Assembly (NCBI GenBank): GCA_024137785.1
Contig: JAHRHZ010000038.1
Span: 6,693,887 to 6,757,886, forward strand
Direction of reading: 5' to 3'
DNA length: 64,000 bases
Origin: Ginglymostoma cirratum
Lineage: Eukaryota
In this document: positions 11,813 through 24,625 of the stretch, piece after piece
Layout: the number at the start of each line of letters is the position of its first letter
Position numbering within the stretch: position 1 is the stretch's first letter
Notes under the pieces: generated by a model
Database searches by the model: none
What the model was told of the DNA's origin: nothing
What the model saw: only the letters and a program-made list of their open reading frames with translations
Position numbers and translations under genes: made by a program

Positions 11813-13989
11813 CAACTTCAGTGATTACCCCAACACTATTTTGCTCCTTTTGAGCATGTCTTCCTATTGGAAGTGCAAAATTTGCAAATATTTCTCCATT
11901 ATAAGAAGTCCTCATATGAAAAAAAGCATTGTAAACAGAGGCCTTAAAATTACCATGTGTGTTATAAACATGCAGCTCTCAATACTTTTTTTTACATTAG
12001 GTCTCTGTTATAACCCCCTTCAAAATAAATGAGTTAAGATCTCAGACTCACCAGTGAGCCAATTCAAATAAACTCATCAAGTATTAGTAGTTTAGTATCC
12101 CGTAGATTTTTTTCATGATTATGTTGTTAATAACTATCTTGTATAATAATAAACTTTTATTCCATGAACATTGCATTAGAATGCTTGTTAAAAACCTTCT
12201 TTTACAAACTTACATTAAATTCTTAATCCAAGTCCTTGATTATTATCTGATTGTTCAAACATTACTGCATACAAGCTACCAATAAAATAAACTATTATCA
12301 TGAGATTTGTTGCAGATCTTGTGTTACCACATACTTTCAAATTAACTTTGCAATATTATAAAAATCATCAGTATAAATTTCATTTTATGACAATCATGTT
12401 ATCAAAGACATGTCTAAGTATTACGTATGTAAAAAGGAGTAAGAGAAATATGTAAGCATTACATAATCCATATAGTATTACTTTGGTACTTTATGGTAAG
12501 TAATGTAATGGCTCAGTGTATTTCACAAAACTTCAAATACCATGAATGACACTCTTTGAAAGAGTCATCCTTCTCTCGACCACCATGCAGCAGCATATGG
12601 TAGGATCTTTTAGGTGCACAGGCTAACAGATATGGCCTTGAGATCCTGGTGGAAGATGACCAGAGCATATCTTGTGCCCTCTGCTCCTCTCCCTAGCTTC
12701 TTGTTTTCCACCAGCTTTCACATCCAGATCAAGAGGCAGCCCTAGCAAGATGCCAATGATCAAACACTTCATTTGTCCTTGTGTCTAAGAATGTACAGTA
12801 CCTCAGCACCTTTCCATTTTCGATTAACTCCTCAGAGAATTTCAGATTAAGTGTTGTTGAAGTGTCAGCGAAGTCTTTACAAAGTGTTCCACTGTTGCAA
12901 TAATGAAGGTCACAAGATTATTGTATTTTGGTTGTGTCTCTTCCATTTAAGATAAAATGGAGAAATAAAAGAGGTGGTGTGTTGCTCAGAATTCTGTAGT
13001 GCCAAGCCTGCTGGGCTTGCTTGTTAAAAAATTCACATTATGAGGAAGAAAATGCTGGTGTTCACAGCTGTGGATAATGGTAAAAGCAGTTGTGATGACA
13101 ATGGGTTGACTGTTAGTCTTTAAGTCACATAGGGAGCTATTTGGAATGTCAAATTTTATCGTGGTTATATTTTGAACTATCTGTGTACTTCCAAGACAGA
13201 GTTAGGGACCTAGAACATTAACATTTCCAATTTTTACTTGGATACCCCTTTTTCTTTTCTTAGATAGCTTATTGAAATCAAAGATAACTTGCTTTGACGC
13301 AAGTTTGATGAGCTCTTAGATAGCTAATAAGACTAATGTGTGAGCTTTAAACCCTAGGTAGGTTGGGTAGACAGGTTATTTGGAGGTTTGTGGATTCTCC
13401 CTAATGTCTTCTCCTGTGCATATTCTCAACAAAGTCTCTCAGTGTATTTGTGCCTTCACAGATGAGCCTTCTCCAGTTTAGTTGGTTTTGAGCCCGGACT
13501 CCCATCAGTCAGTGGGGATGTATGACCTCTTCAGAAAAGAATTGAGAACATTCCCAAAGCATTCCCACTGATCCCTGGAGTCTCCAGACATGACCAAATT
13601 TTGACCAAGGACTCTGTGCCAGACGCATGACCCTATGGAAATGATCCTAAGTGATTAAGATTGTAGTGCTGGGCAAGTAAGCTTGTGAGAGGATGCTATT
13701 GTTGGAATGACTTTTTGTTGCTATCAGATTTGGAACTTGCATTGACTGAAAACTTCTTAGTGGCTCGAGAGAAAAACAGCAGTCCTACAGCTAGTTGAAG
13801 GCAGTGGTACAGCGTAAAATGTAGGATATAAAGAGCAAATGGCAGGTGAAAAGAAAGCAGGGGATCCAACAGCTTGCAAACACAAATAACATGTGTGGCT
13901 TATTCATTAACAACCATTGAAAAGACCATTTTGAAGGACCTTTCAGTTGAGTCTCTCTTGAACTTTAATATCCTAAACTTCCTTTCTCG

Positions 13990-15270
13990 GTACCCTGTGT
14001 GGGTCAGTCTTTACTTACCTCACCCAGAATGAGGCTGTAGAAACCAGTTAGTAACTGATAGACAGCTTGCTTTTGAAGAAGATGGAATCCCTGCTGAAAC
14101 TCTGAAGAATACGCTTCTGGCATTGGCTGCACAATCTCGTATCCTTCATTTGGGATGAAGACTATGCCAGGGGACTTCAGGGAAGCTATGATCTTGACTG
14201 CATTGAAGGTGGGAGAACAAGTCTTATTGTAGTAATGATGGAGGAGGCTGCCTGCTCTCTGCCACATTGAAGATCATCTCAAGGATCCTTCTCAATTGCC
14301 ACCTCCGAATGGCTGAGGAACTCCTCCAGAGTCACAGTCTGCTTTTTGTCCGTCGAGAGGCACCAAAGACATGCTCTTCATTGACTGACAAATTCAAGAA
14401 AAGTGCAACGAACAACACCAACCAGTGTGCATGCCCTTTCTCAACCTCACAAATGCTGTGGCACAGTTAACCATGAAAGCTTATACAGTATGCTCTTTGG
14501 ATTTGGCTGCAATATTTGTCACCATTATCAACCTACACCATGATGACATAAAAACTGTGATCCTCTCCAAGGGATTGCAACAAATATGATGACCTTAAAG
14601 ACTGGGCTAAAATAAGGCAATGTCATTGCACCAATTCTGTTCTTCATTTTCATTGCGGCAATGCAACACTGCATCTCAGCTCCAGCAAGTTAGCCGCAGG
14701 CCTGGAGATAACATACATAATAGACAGAAAACTGTTCAACCCATGTCACTTTCAATCCATGTCATCTTCAACCCCAAAACCAAAACCATCCACTCTCAGT
14801 CATAGCTTCAGTTTGCAGCTGAGTTTGTATGCGGCCTCACTTAGAAACTCCAGGTCACTGGGGGTTGACCTGTTCTCCAAAGCACATGAGAAAATGGGCA
14901 TTCCCCTAAACATTCAGGGAATGAAGGCCATCTTTCAGTCATGTTCTGCAGCACAATGACAACCTCACCTCCCACAAAATTAAAATCAACAGCAAACTCC
15001 TAGAAAATATGGACAATTTGCTGTACCTTTGAAGCTTCCCCTCAATAAAGGAAAACAGATGACAAAATTCATCATTGTCATTGATGTTCCAGTTCAGTCT
15101 TAAACCAACTTTGGAAGAGAATATCTGAAAACCATTATTTCAAACTTGTAACTAAAGTGATGGTTTATCCCAATGTAGACAAGCTGAAGCAGGCACCTCA
15201 AAGCACTGACGAACTGCCACTTGAAAACAACGTCCATGTGATTCATGTTACTATGGAGATGAACTTTGAA
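13990..15270 (+). mobile_element. Heavily decayed RTE-clade LINE RT region
   Basis: Remnants of FGC..FV..I..LHDD (about 14500), G.KQG.VIAP.LF (about 14605), LQFA (about 14805) and LNI..K in the expected order, with many frameshifts. Confidence 0.7.
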
Positions 15271-15309
15271 AGGGGGAAAAGTCCATAAAAAGCAATTATA
15301 ATTTTGGGT

Positions 15310-15491
15310 TAACAAGGTGTAGAGCTGGATGAACACAGCAGGCCAAGCAGCATCAGAGGAGCAGGAAGGCTGACGTTTCGGGCCTAGACCCTTCTTCAGA
15401 AAAGCTGAGGATTTAGGCCCGAAACGTCATGTTTTCCTGCTCCTATGATGCTGCTTGACCTGCTGTGTTCATCCAGCCCCACGCTTGTTAT
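15310..15491. mobile_element. Two head-to-head Penelope pLTR copies
   Basis: Left copy (minus strand) has an intact hammerhead core at 15372-15399. Right copy (plus strand) is flanked by CTGAGGATT at 15405-15413 and 15492-15500. Confidence 0.88.
15372..15399 (-). ncRNA. Minimal type I hammerhead ribozyme motif
   Basis: Reverse complement is CTGAAGA A GGGTCTAGGCCC GAAA CG TC: both core boxes, a pairable stem II and a GUC triplet. Stem I is weak. Confidence 0.7.
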
Positions 15492-15589
15492 CTGAGGATT
15501 GTTACTCTTTTTCAAATTAAAATGATAAAAATTTTCATAAACTCTCCGTCCATCTCTCTCTCCCTCTCCCTCTCTTTCTCTGCCTTTTA

Positions 15590-16480
15590 ACAGTCCCTTT
15601 GGATCAAGGATGACTTTCTTCCTCTCCAGTGTTGAGGTTCCTGTGGTGACTAGCTATCTAATACTGGATGTGAAAACCCTGCAACAAGTTGGGCACATGT
15701 TTGCTGACGTGGGTGGTTGGGATGCTTGACTCTCCAAATTCTCCTATCCCTGTTTGCATTTCACCTTCACCTTGGTCAATCTTTTAGAGACGTTTAAACT
15801 GGTTTGCTCCTTCACAGATGCCTTGTCTGCAGTTCGGAAAATCTCGGGCTAAAGTCGGGATAGTGCATCTTTTTCTGTGAGACTTTAATGATATCCATCA
15901 AGCATTTCCCCTGCCCTCTGGTAACTGCTTGCCGTAATAAAAGTCTGAGTACAGAATTTGCGAAAGTCTTGTATCAGGCATGCCTGACCTCGTGCTCCGG
16001 TTTCCTCTCACAGTCCAAAGATGTGCAAGCTGGGTGGATTGCTAAATTGCCCGTAGTGTTCAGGGATGTGTAGATTAGATGGGTTATAGGGGGATGGGTC
16101 AGTGTGGACTTGTTGGCCTGAAGGGCCTGTTTTCACACTGTAGGGATTCTATGAAATCTTGATACTGGGGATGTTGGCCTGAAAGAAGACACTGATATTG
16201 GAGTCCCTGTTCTCCTGGTGAATTTGCAAGATTTTACAAAGACACTACTAGTGATATTTCTCAAGAGTTTTGGGATGTATTCTGTACATTGCCCATGCCT
16301 CCAACATAAAAAGGAGGAATGGTAACATTGTTTCCTTGCAGACCCTGAGCTTGGTGTCGGGCTTGGGGTTTTTGTCATTGAACTCTGTGTTCGTCTGACA
16401 ATTGAAGGCTATGGTGGCATGCTGAATGCCATGTTGAACTTCATTGATGTTTGCCCTTCCTGTGGGAACTTCCTCTCAGC
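15590..16480 (-). mobile_element. RTE-clade LINE 3' end interrupted by an HE1 SINE
   Basis: Minus strand gives EAWAMY, LEKYH, KILQIH and QANIPSI, typical of the RTE C-terminal region. Confidence 0.75.
15991..16154 (+). mobile_element. 5'-truncated HE1 SINE
   Basis: CAGTCCAAAGATGTGCA...GCTAAATTGCCC...CTGTAGGGATTCTATGA matches the full copies. Confidence 0.88.
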
Positions 16481-19400
16481 AAAGGCAGGCATTGACAATG
16501 AAATTCTGTTTAGAATGAAAGTTGCCTCCCAAAATAGTGCTTAGTTATTGTTCCTTTTAGTTTGGTTGTTACAGTAAAAGGTTCAAAACATTAAATCTTG
16601 TGGTGCCATCCTTTCAATGTGTCATTGGAATTTAAATAACTGTTTAAAAATCTTTAGTCTCCGTGGGGATTTTAACCACGAATGTGTTTCAAGATCCACC
16701 TCACATGTCTAATATTAATATTAATAACAAGAAGTACTGAGTATCCTTACGACTTTTAATCAACATCACTGCTTCATTTCCTCCTGAACAGCTGGTTACT
16801 GTTAGGAGAGAGGGGTTTCTTGAGGTTGTAGTCACCTATATGCCATGCATCCCCTTGAATGAGCACTAGTAGCATTTTAAGTGGCATTCAACTGTTTTGC
16901 TGCCTTCAGACTGACTTTTAGAGCTGGCATTAGTTCCTTTATCAAGGTGTCATCTTGTGCTGAATGTAGGTTAAACTGGCATTCCAACTTAAGACCCCAT
17001 CTTGACTACCCTTTTAGCATCTAAAGTATTCTGTGAAAATCACCCACAATATGCTTGGCATGTTAATTTCTGTGATACTAGGAAAGCGTGGTGCTAAAGT
17101 TTATACAATGCCTTGGAATCAATAGTGTGACATCGGGGAACTACTGGGCAGGATACAGTTAAAAGAAAAGTCAAAACACAAGTTGTGTTCTGAAGAAAGA
17201 AATGTAAGATTTGTTGTGAAATATCTTCATTATTGTTTGAGGGGGTTACATGGCCTTAATGTTTCTAGAGCTGGAGAAAGCTGATTATGAGTGAAATATA
17301 AATAGATGAATATTTGAAATTTCTCAATCCTGCCTTTCAAGTTTTTTTTTCTCTTCTAAAGTTATGTCTGAAATCAAGGAAATAGGCTAGTCAGGATTAG
17401 TTGTCTGCTTTGTACAGGCGATTTCAAAATAAGCGCTCTTACTTTGGTGGCAACTGTGGTTAGTAATAGCCTGTGATGGAGTCAGTTGGAAAAGACTATA
17501 AAGATTGAGGTACTGTTGAGAAATGAGGATGGCCAGCCTGTTAAATTGTCTGTGCTTGCTATTCTTCACTCTGGGAGTAAATCTTGTACAATCCTCATAG
17601 TAATCAGAGTGATGAGTAGTATGCATGGCAGGAGGTGACCAATAAGAGGAAAAAAATGGAAAAAATCATAATTAATAAATATATAGATGTGATTTGACAA
17701 AGTAGACTGTTAGATAAACCAATTCACATTAGCTAGATATTTGCTTTGTGATAGAGGAGTGAGGACAAACATATTTTGAATTCCGGCATTATTCTGTTAT
17801 TGAAACACCCAGTCCCTTTATCAACCACTGTCCAGCGATTCATCAACATGTAATTTTGATACAACATATTCGTGACACATTTGCACTTCTTCAATCTACA
17901 TTCTTAGTGTGCCAGAGTCAAACAATAGACCAAAATTGTAACAGATGCTGCAGAATCTTTACCTGGCCAAAGTGAAGTTGCACAATTTAACCTATTATAG
18001 ATACCTGCCATATGAATACTATGAGCAATTTCCAGGTGCCTGAAACAGACAAGAACAACATTTTGTTTGTTGATCAAATTTTTAAGGCAAATTAATGAAG
18101 GACAGCCATTATCACATACAAGGACGTGAAACAACAACAACAATTGTGGGTACTTAGAATCCCCCCTTTTTTGTTTGTGTATATATTGTAGATTCAACTT
18201 CAAATTGAACATGACCTTAGTAACAACAGTGGCTGAAGTACAATCAAATTCCATAGGCCCTCAAGACTACCCAAACATTGCACAGCCATACAGCTATCCT
18301 TAGTGGTGGATCATACGTTTTACTGAAGCAATGATATTGCATGAACCATTGCAGATTTAAAACTGCTCTTATAGTTTTAATTTTTCTTTTTGTTCTGTAA
18401 AGGAGGGCTTCTTGCTGATGAGCAAAACCCTCTGAACAACATACAGCCTTAATCTTCGCTAACCATACACTGTGTGTCCTTCATTAGAGACAGTCACCTT
18501 TAAGATTGTCTGTCTATTCACTACAATTATTAGCTAATGCTAATATTTCAAAGCAATTATTTTCTGCTCTGTGTGTGAGCCCATGTGTTTACTGCAGAAT
18601 ACCTATCAGGTTGAGTGTTGGACCTACAGCACCACTGAAAATATGCAAACCTGTTTGAAATAATTTATTTTTCCTCAAAGTCTTTCCTTGTTAGGGTCAA
18701 GGGGGAGGCTTTGTTTTGATTACTGGTCCTATCAGTAGTGTTAGTCTTATCCAGCTGACTGCTCTCACAGCATTGTGTGGCTGGCTCCCACATCTGCTGT
18801 TCAATGATACAGATATTGTTTTTCCCTCCACGGTGGTTACTCCGAGGTAATGACTATTGACCCTTGCCCTCTCAAGTTGAGTTCTAATCTTGTTGTGACT
18901 GCATAGCAGGTGCCTAAACTGAAAGTTGAGGGGGTGGGGGGAAGTGCATGTTACAGATTAGTGGGAAGGTGGGCTTTTGGCTTGGAGGAGACATGTGTAA
19001 GTATGTGTGCATGTGTGTGCGATGGAAGTGTAGGAGGTTTGGATGGTCAGTCTGCAAGAACAATGGCCGCTGTTTTTTTGAAGCTGTCAATTTTTTCAGT
19101 CAGGCAGAAGGAAGCTAAGTCACATCAATGTGTACAATGTCAAATAATCAAACAACAACATTTCTTTCTTTTCTCCACTAAAAAAAACAAGCTGTGTGCA
19201 GTCAGCGGTAAGGAAAGAGGTTTTACTTAAGCCAGTGACACGGAATAATAAATAATTTGAATAGCTTTCATCTTATGGTCCTACCTTTAGCTCCACGTTC
19301 AGCATATTATAACCCTGTTGGCATTAGTTTGCAGTTCAAGAGGCTGTGGTTTGAGGTTTTGTTCCTTCAATGAGTCTAAAATTCTACTATTCCAAATCAA

Positions 19401-20442
19401 TGACATATGAAGAGTAGCCAAAGGAGCTCAATTTGGTGTTATAATTCCAGCTGATGTTACTACTGGAAAAGTTAGATCCTGGAATGAAATCTGGCCTAAT
19501 CATATTTTGTTTCTTTTCAATTTAACATGGCGGTCTGTCACTAAAACATAAGCATTCATGAGTGCAGAATTGTGAGGCCTTTTCTCTTGAATATGTGCAA
19601 AACTGAGAATTTAGACTTTCTCAGTTTTCTAATTATCTGCAGAGTTATAACCAAACACACCTAGTCCAGACGTTTCACAAGCTGCACACTTCCACTCTTA
19701 TTTCCTTAACTGCTCTGAACAATGTCCCTTTTTATTGAAGAGATTTTACTTACGTCTAATTTTAGTCAGGTCTTCTTCAAACTGCTCAACAGCTTTTGAA
19801 TTTTTTTTTAGAAAAGCTGCTCATTCTAGATTCTGCTAAACTGTTGATAGTGATCCTTTCTCTTTCTAGTCATAAATACCACAGTATAAACAAGCTTCCA
19901 TTAATACTCCGTAGGCACATAATAGTTTAAAGCAATGGTTCCGGACAGACTGGCCTAGTTAATTTTTAAACTCCTTCACAAAAATAAACCAACACCGTAC
20001 GCCACTTGTTCTAAATTCAAGCTCTTTTCTTAAAAAAATGAGATTAAATATAAATCACACACTTTTCATCACATTTTTCTTGTTACAATTAATATTGGTA
20101 GTGAACTGGTTATGGCAGGGAAAGGATGAGATACGCGAAGGTGTTTGAGATGGTTTCTCATTCGTCTGCTCTCGTATGTTGAAGGTTTTGATATACTGGG
20201 TTATGTTTATGTTGGCAGTGACTGCTGTCTGGTAATATTCCATTCTGTTGACATGCTATTCAAATATGTAGGCTCTACAATCAAAGCTGATTCTACCTCA
20301 CCAACAATACCAGATTCCATCTTCCTTAAATGTCTGTATAATGGATAATCATCAGGAGTGGGAAGTTTATTGGAGCAGGTAGCGTAAGCACCTCAACTGC
20401 TAGTATCAGCAAATTCTGCATGAACTGGAAGTCAACCGTGTA

Positions 20443-20530
20443 TTCTGATAGAAGGTCACTCACCCGAAATGTTAATTCTGTTTCTTTTCTCATTGAGATT
20501 ACTTGAGCTGCTGAGCAACTACAACTTTTT
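20443..20530 (+). mobile_element. Old Penelope pLTR fragment with degenerate hammerhead motif
   Basis: CTGATAGA AGGTCACTCACCC GAAATGTTA at 20445-20474, followed by TTCTGTTTC...CTGCTGAG as in the copies at 31880 and 55670. Confidence 0.65.
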
Positions 20531-20814
20531 TTTAACTGTCAAATCTTTTCAGTCTAAGTTCCACAATGCACATATTGATCAATTCTAGGAAGGAGGAGAA
20601 TAGGTGGGGGTGGAATGCAAGTTGAATAAACCAAATGTTAAACATAATTCAAACTGTAACAACTTGTTATGTTATTTTCAGTTTCAAATGAATATAATGA
20701 ATCATAAAAGATTAAGCTCATTTTCCAGTAACAATTGGCCTACATTATTGCATGCTCTTCAACTGGAGATGTTCATTTCTCTACCTGTTACCCTTCTCTT
20801 TTTCTACCTATCAG

Positions 20815-21018
20815 TTTAATGGTAATGTCACTGAACTAGTGATTCAGGACCCCAGGCTAATCCTGGCAGATGGTGAAATTTGAATTCAATAAAAATGCGA
20901 AACAAGGAAAAGATGGACTAATGGCAACCACATAACCATTGCCAATTGTTATGAAAACCCATCTGGTTCACAAATGTCCTTTAGGGAATGGTATCTGTCA
21001 TCTCTGCCTGGCCTACAT
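20815..21018 (+). mobile_element. SINE with probable Meta domain
   Basis: ACCCATCTGGTTCACAAATGTCCTTTAGGGAATGGTATCTG matches the MetaSINE central domain as I recall it. A second copy lies at 52330-52810. Confidence 0.7.
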
Positions 21019-21019
21019 T

Positions 21020-21385
21020 CTTCATTTCTGGCAGAATCTTTGTAAATATTTTCTGCACCCTCTCAAAAACCTTCGCGTCCATCCTAAAATGTGCTGCTCA
21101 GGTTTGGACATGGTTTCCCAGTTGAGGCTGAATCAGTTATATTCAAAGTTTATCATATCTGACTTGCTTTTATATTCAATGTGTCAATTCACAAAGCACT
21201 GTCTACTGCAGGCTTTTTTAGTCAAATTCTCAAACTGTCCTGTTGCCTTCAGCACAAATACTCCGCAGTATCTTTGTTTCTGCACCCGTTTTTGAGTTAT
21301 ACCCTTTACCTTACATTACCTTTCATACTGTTCTGTCCAAACTTTATTACTACACAATTCTCTGCATTAAATTATACCTGTCAAC
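21020..21385 (-). mobile_element. CR1 LINE RT fragment
   Basis: Minus strand gives QV.FNAENCVV and LERVQKIFTKI-like motifs. Confidence 0.7.
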
Positions 21386-22349
21386 ATAGGTTAGATTAGC
21401 CAACAGGCCTTTTCTAACTTCCGTTCTTATATTGTTACTGTACAAATGTCAGAAAAACCGACTGAAGTTCTCTTCATTTTATGCCACCACCAGAAATAAA
21501 AGTTGCTTTTCTGATACTCCTTAAATTCCTTCTCCTGTTAGAGACATTTTAACATTACTGATAAATTCATTCCATACTTTTCACCTTTCATTAACAACCA
21601 AACATCAGGCTAATAATTTCCTGAATTCTCAAATACTTAAAAATCTTTATAATCTGCACAAAATAAAGTGATAATATTAATTAGTAATGGTAAAGTATAT
21701 TGTGATTTGGCAGAGTCATTTATGCTACACTTGAATGCCTGGATTTTCCTCTGGCCAGATAGCCACTATGCCAGCGTAGTTAGGAGTTGCACATGAGGAT
21801 ACTGTGGAATCCCAATCACAGCATGCTCCAAATGAATTGCCAGAGAAATTGAATTTTCCTCTGGACAAATCTCTAACCCTGGAACCTTCTGAAAATCCCC
21901 ATTTAAGTCAGAGATATCAGAGGATTCCCATGAAATTAAGTAAAATAGTTACTCAGGAAAAGTTAAATTATGAAATACATAGTCTAAATCTTGGGTAACT
22001 ATTCAAGTGAATCCATACTTCCCTAACACATCCACAATTACACCTACCTCAGACTCCTTCTGCCACCCAACTCCACCCCCACCACCACCACAGGACCCAA
22101 TTCGACATCTTCCACTTTGCACCCAGGGGACCTGATCCCCTATCCCACTCCACTGCTGGACCTGACCTCACATGTGAACCCCCTGCTGGTAGATCCAACC
22201 AAACTCTTATCCACTGTTATTGGACCTGAATCTTGCCACAGAGGTTGGAGCCGAACTCCCCAAACCTGTCACCCATCCTTCCTGACCTCTTTCAGATCTG
22301 ATTTTCAATCATCCGTTCCAACCTACCTAAATAATGCATCATTTACTTT

Positions 22350-22722
22350 GAACTCTGGCACCGTGCCCACATGGCACTCTGCCCCCGACCTAGCTGGCAC
22401 CTTACTTACCTGAAACCCTATCATTGCTCATCTGGCATCCTATCCCTGTCACCTTATCTCCTCCCCAACTTTCCCAACTAGTACTTTATTTTTCAGTTGG
22501 CAGTCTATGTAATTGGCACCCTACCACCTACTCAAATGGCATTTTACCCATGGCACCCTATAATCTACACAGCTGGCACCCTACTTCTCTGGCAAACTAC
22601 TCACTTGGCATACTGTGCATTTGGTAACCTACCCCTACACATCTGGCATCCTACCCCTGGTACCCGATACATTCCTCAGCTGGCAGCCTTCTCATCTGGC
22701 AGCCTACCCTTCTGGCATACTA
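22350..22722 (+). repeat. Degenerate minisatellite with core CTGGCA(C/T)CCTAC
   Basis: Roughly 15-20 TGGCA/TGGTA cores spaced about 14-25 nt apart in C-rich sequence. Confidence 0.7.
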
Positions 22723-23244
22723 ACAAAAACACTTATGCACTTGCGGTTTGACAGTGGCTGTCAGGAACTTTATATGTCAGAATGCGGCAAGTGTCTGCGA
22801 TTAAAAGTGGGTATGGTTTGCCTTCCTCTGACAACACAACATCACAAAAGAAGCAGCCTTGCAAGTAGTCTTTTCTCAAAAATGCATAGCTCCCTTCTTT
22901 TGTAAAAATGAATGGCTATATTGGTAGTCTGCATGAGATTACCATTCCTTGGAAAGTCCATCTTGATATTCTTTTCCATTGGGAATTGGGAACAAACGAT
23001 TGACCAAGGTTTATGCAGCTGGTTTATTTGCGGTCATCCTGTTTTTGTGTTACTGGCATTGACAAATGCCATCCTAACATTTCTTCTCAAACTCAGTTTT
23101 AACTATCTCCACAAGATTCCTGTCCCAAAATATTTACATTCAAGTTCAAAAAAAATTTTGGAAAGTAGAAGTCTACTTGCAAATGGAGCTTTTATTGTAA
23201 GAGTAAAAAAAAAATTTACATTTTGAAAAGCAGAAGTCTATTAG

Positions 23245-23875
23245 TAAATTGAATGTTGGCTATTATTACAAGGGTACTGGAATACAAAAGTTGGGAAGTT
23301 TTACTGCAGCTAAACAGATCTCAGTGAGACCACATCTGGGTTAGTGCGTGCAGTTTTGATCTCCTTATTTGATGAGTGATATAATTGTGTTAGAAGCAGT
23401 TCAGAGAAAGTTCACTAAACTCACTCTTGAGATGAAGGGCTTATCTTATGAAAAGGTTTGTGTACTCACTGCAGTTTAGAAAAATGAGAGGTGATTTTAT
23501 TGAAAAGCATAAGGTCTTAAAGTGACTTGGTAGGGTGGATATAGGGAGGATGTTTCCTTTTGTGAGGAGATTAGAACCAGTGACACAGTTTAAGCATAAG
23601 GGGTTTCACTATAACACAGAGATGAGGATACATTTTTTCTCTCCAAGTTATTAGTCTTTGGAATGCTGTTACCCACAAAGCAATGAAGTCTTGATCGTTA
23701 AATTTATTTAAGGCTGAGTTAGGTTTTTGATAGACAAGGGCGTCAAGGATTATGGGGGCAGACAGGAAAGCATGAAAGTGAAATTGAGACCCACAAACAA
23801 ATCAGCCATAACCTTATAGAATGGCGGAGCAGGGTTGAAGGGCCAACTGGCATTCTCATGCTGCCAAGCCTATAT
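23245..23875 (+). mobile_element. CR1 LINE 3' fragment
   Basis: LEYKSWEVLLQL, VRPHL, LEAVQRKFTKL and RKMRGDFIE, followed by a CR1 3' UTR. Confidence 0.88.
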
Positions 23876-24015
23876 TGCTAAGTATCCTAGGAAGAGAGTT
23901 TTATAAGCTGTTTTTAACTTGGGAACTATAGGTACAATAAATACACTACTGAACCAAGAACTACACGTTTGATAGCTCTGATCATTATTTATTTTGTTTT
24001 CTGTTGTGGCAACAG

Positions 24016-24492
24016 ACTCAGTGAGTAGTCACATACCTTAGAGGTAAAAGTTCATGAATTCAAGCTCTTTTCCAGGAATTTGGATACAGTATAGGCTAAC
24101 ATCTCTTTGCTGCAATGTCAGAGGTGCTGTCCTTTGGTCATCAGTAACATTGAAATTGTAGCTGCCTGGATAAGCAGATATTAAAAAACATCGTGCAGTT
24201 GGGGTTCTTTGAAGAACAGAAGGGGAATTCTTCCAGTGTTTTGGCTAATATTTATTCCTCAATCAACAGCATTAAAAAACAAATTAACTGGTTAACACAT
24301 TTCCTGGTATTTATTATACTGCTGTTGGATAAATTGCTGTGTCCAAATTGGCTCCTGCATGTTCCTCTAAAACAGCATCCAAATTGGCTGCCATATATGT
24401 CTATATAATACTATTGATTTCTCTTCAAAAGTAATTAATTGAAGCACTTTTGAATTGTCTCAATGACATGAAAAGTGCTATATAAATGAAAG
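24016..24492 (+). mobile_element. DeuSINE (SacSINE1-like) with L2-type tail
   Basis: Degenerate tRNA head, Deu-domain-like GAAGAACAGAAGGGGAATTCTTCCAGTGTTTTGGCTAATATTTATTCCTCAA, and tail AAAAGTGCTATATAAATG. Confidence 0.7.
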
Positions 24493-24557
24493 ATCTTCCT
24501 ATATTTCGCGCTCTTTTTAAATAATTTATTCCTTTATAGATGGTTTCTATTTTGCAG

Positions 24558-24625
24558 CTCCCTGAACAAAGAGCAGCTGAATTAGTGCCCTGATATAAGG
24601 CTGACTGTTTAGTCCATCATTCAAG
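24558..24625 (+). other. Candidate non-coding exon (68 nt)
   Basis: TTTCTATTTTGCAG acceptor and AAG|GTAAGC donor. Stops occur in all three frames. Confidence 0.25.

Noticed and set aside
13990-16480. The + and - RTE pieces as one inverted element
   Set aside because: Both appear to include the same LE..H region, so they are more likely two separate copies lying tail to tail.
17780-18254. Coding-looking stretch including the 116-aa minus-strand ORF
   Set aside because: Translations gave no recognisable motif and no supporting splice signals.
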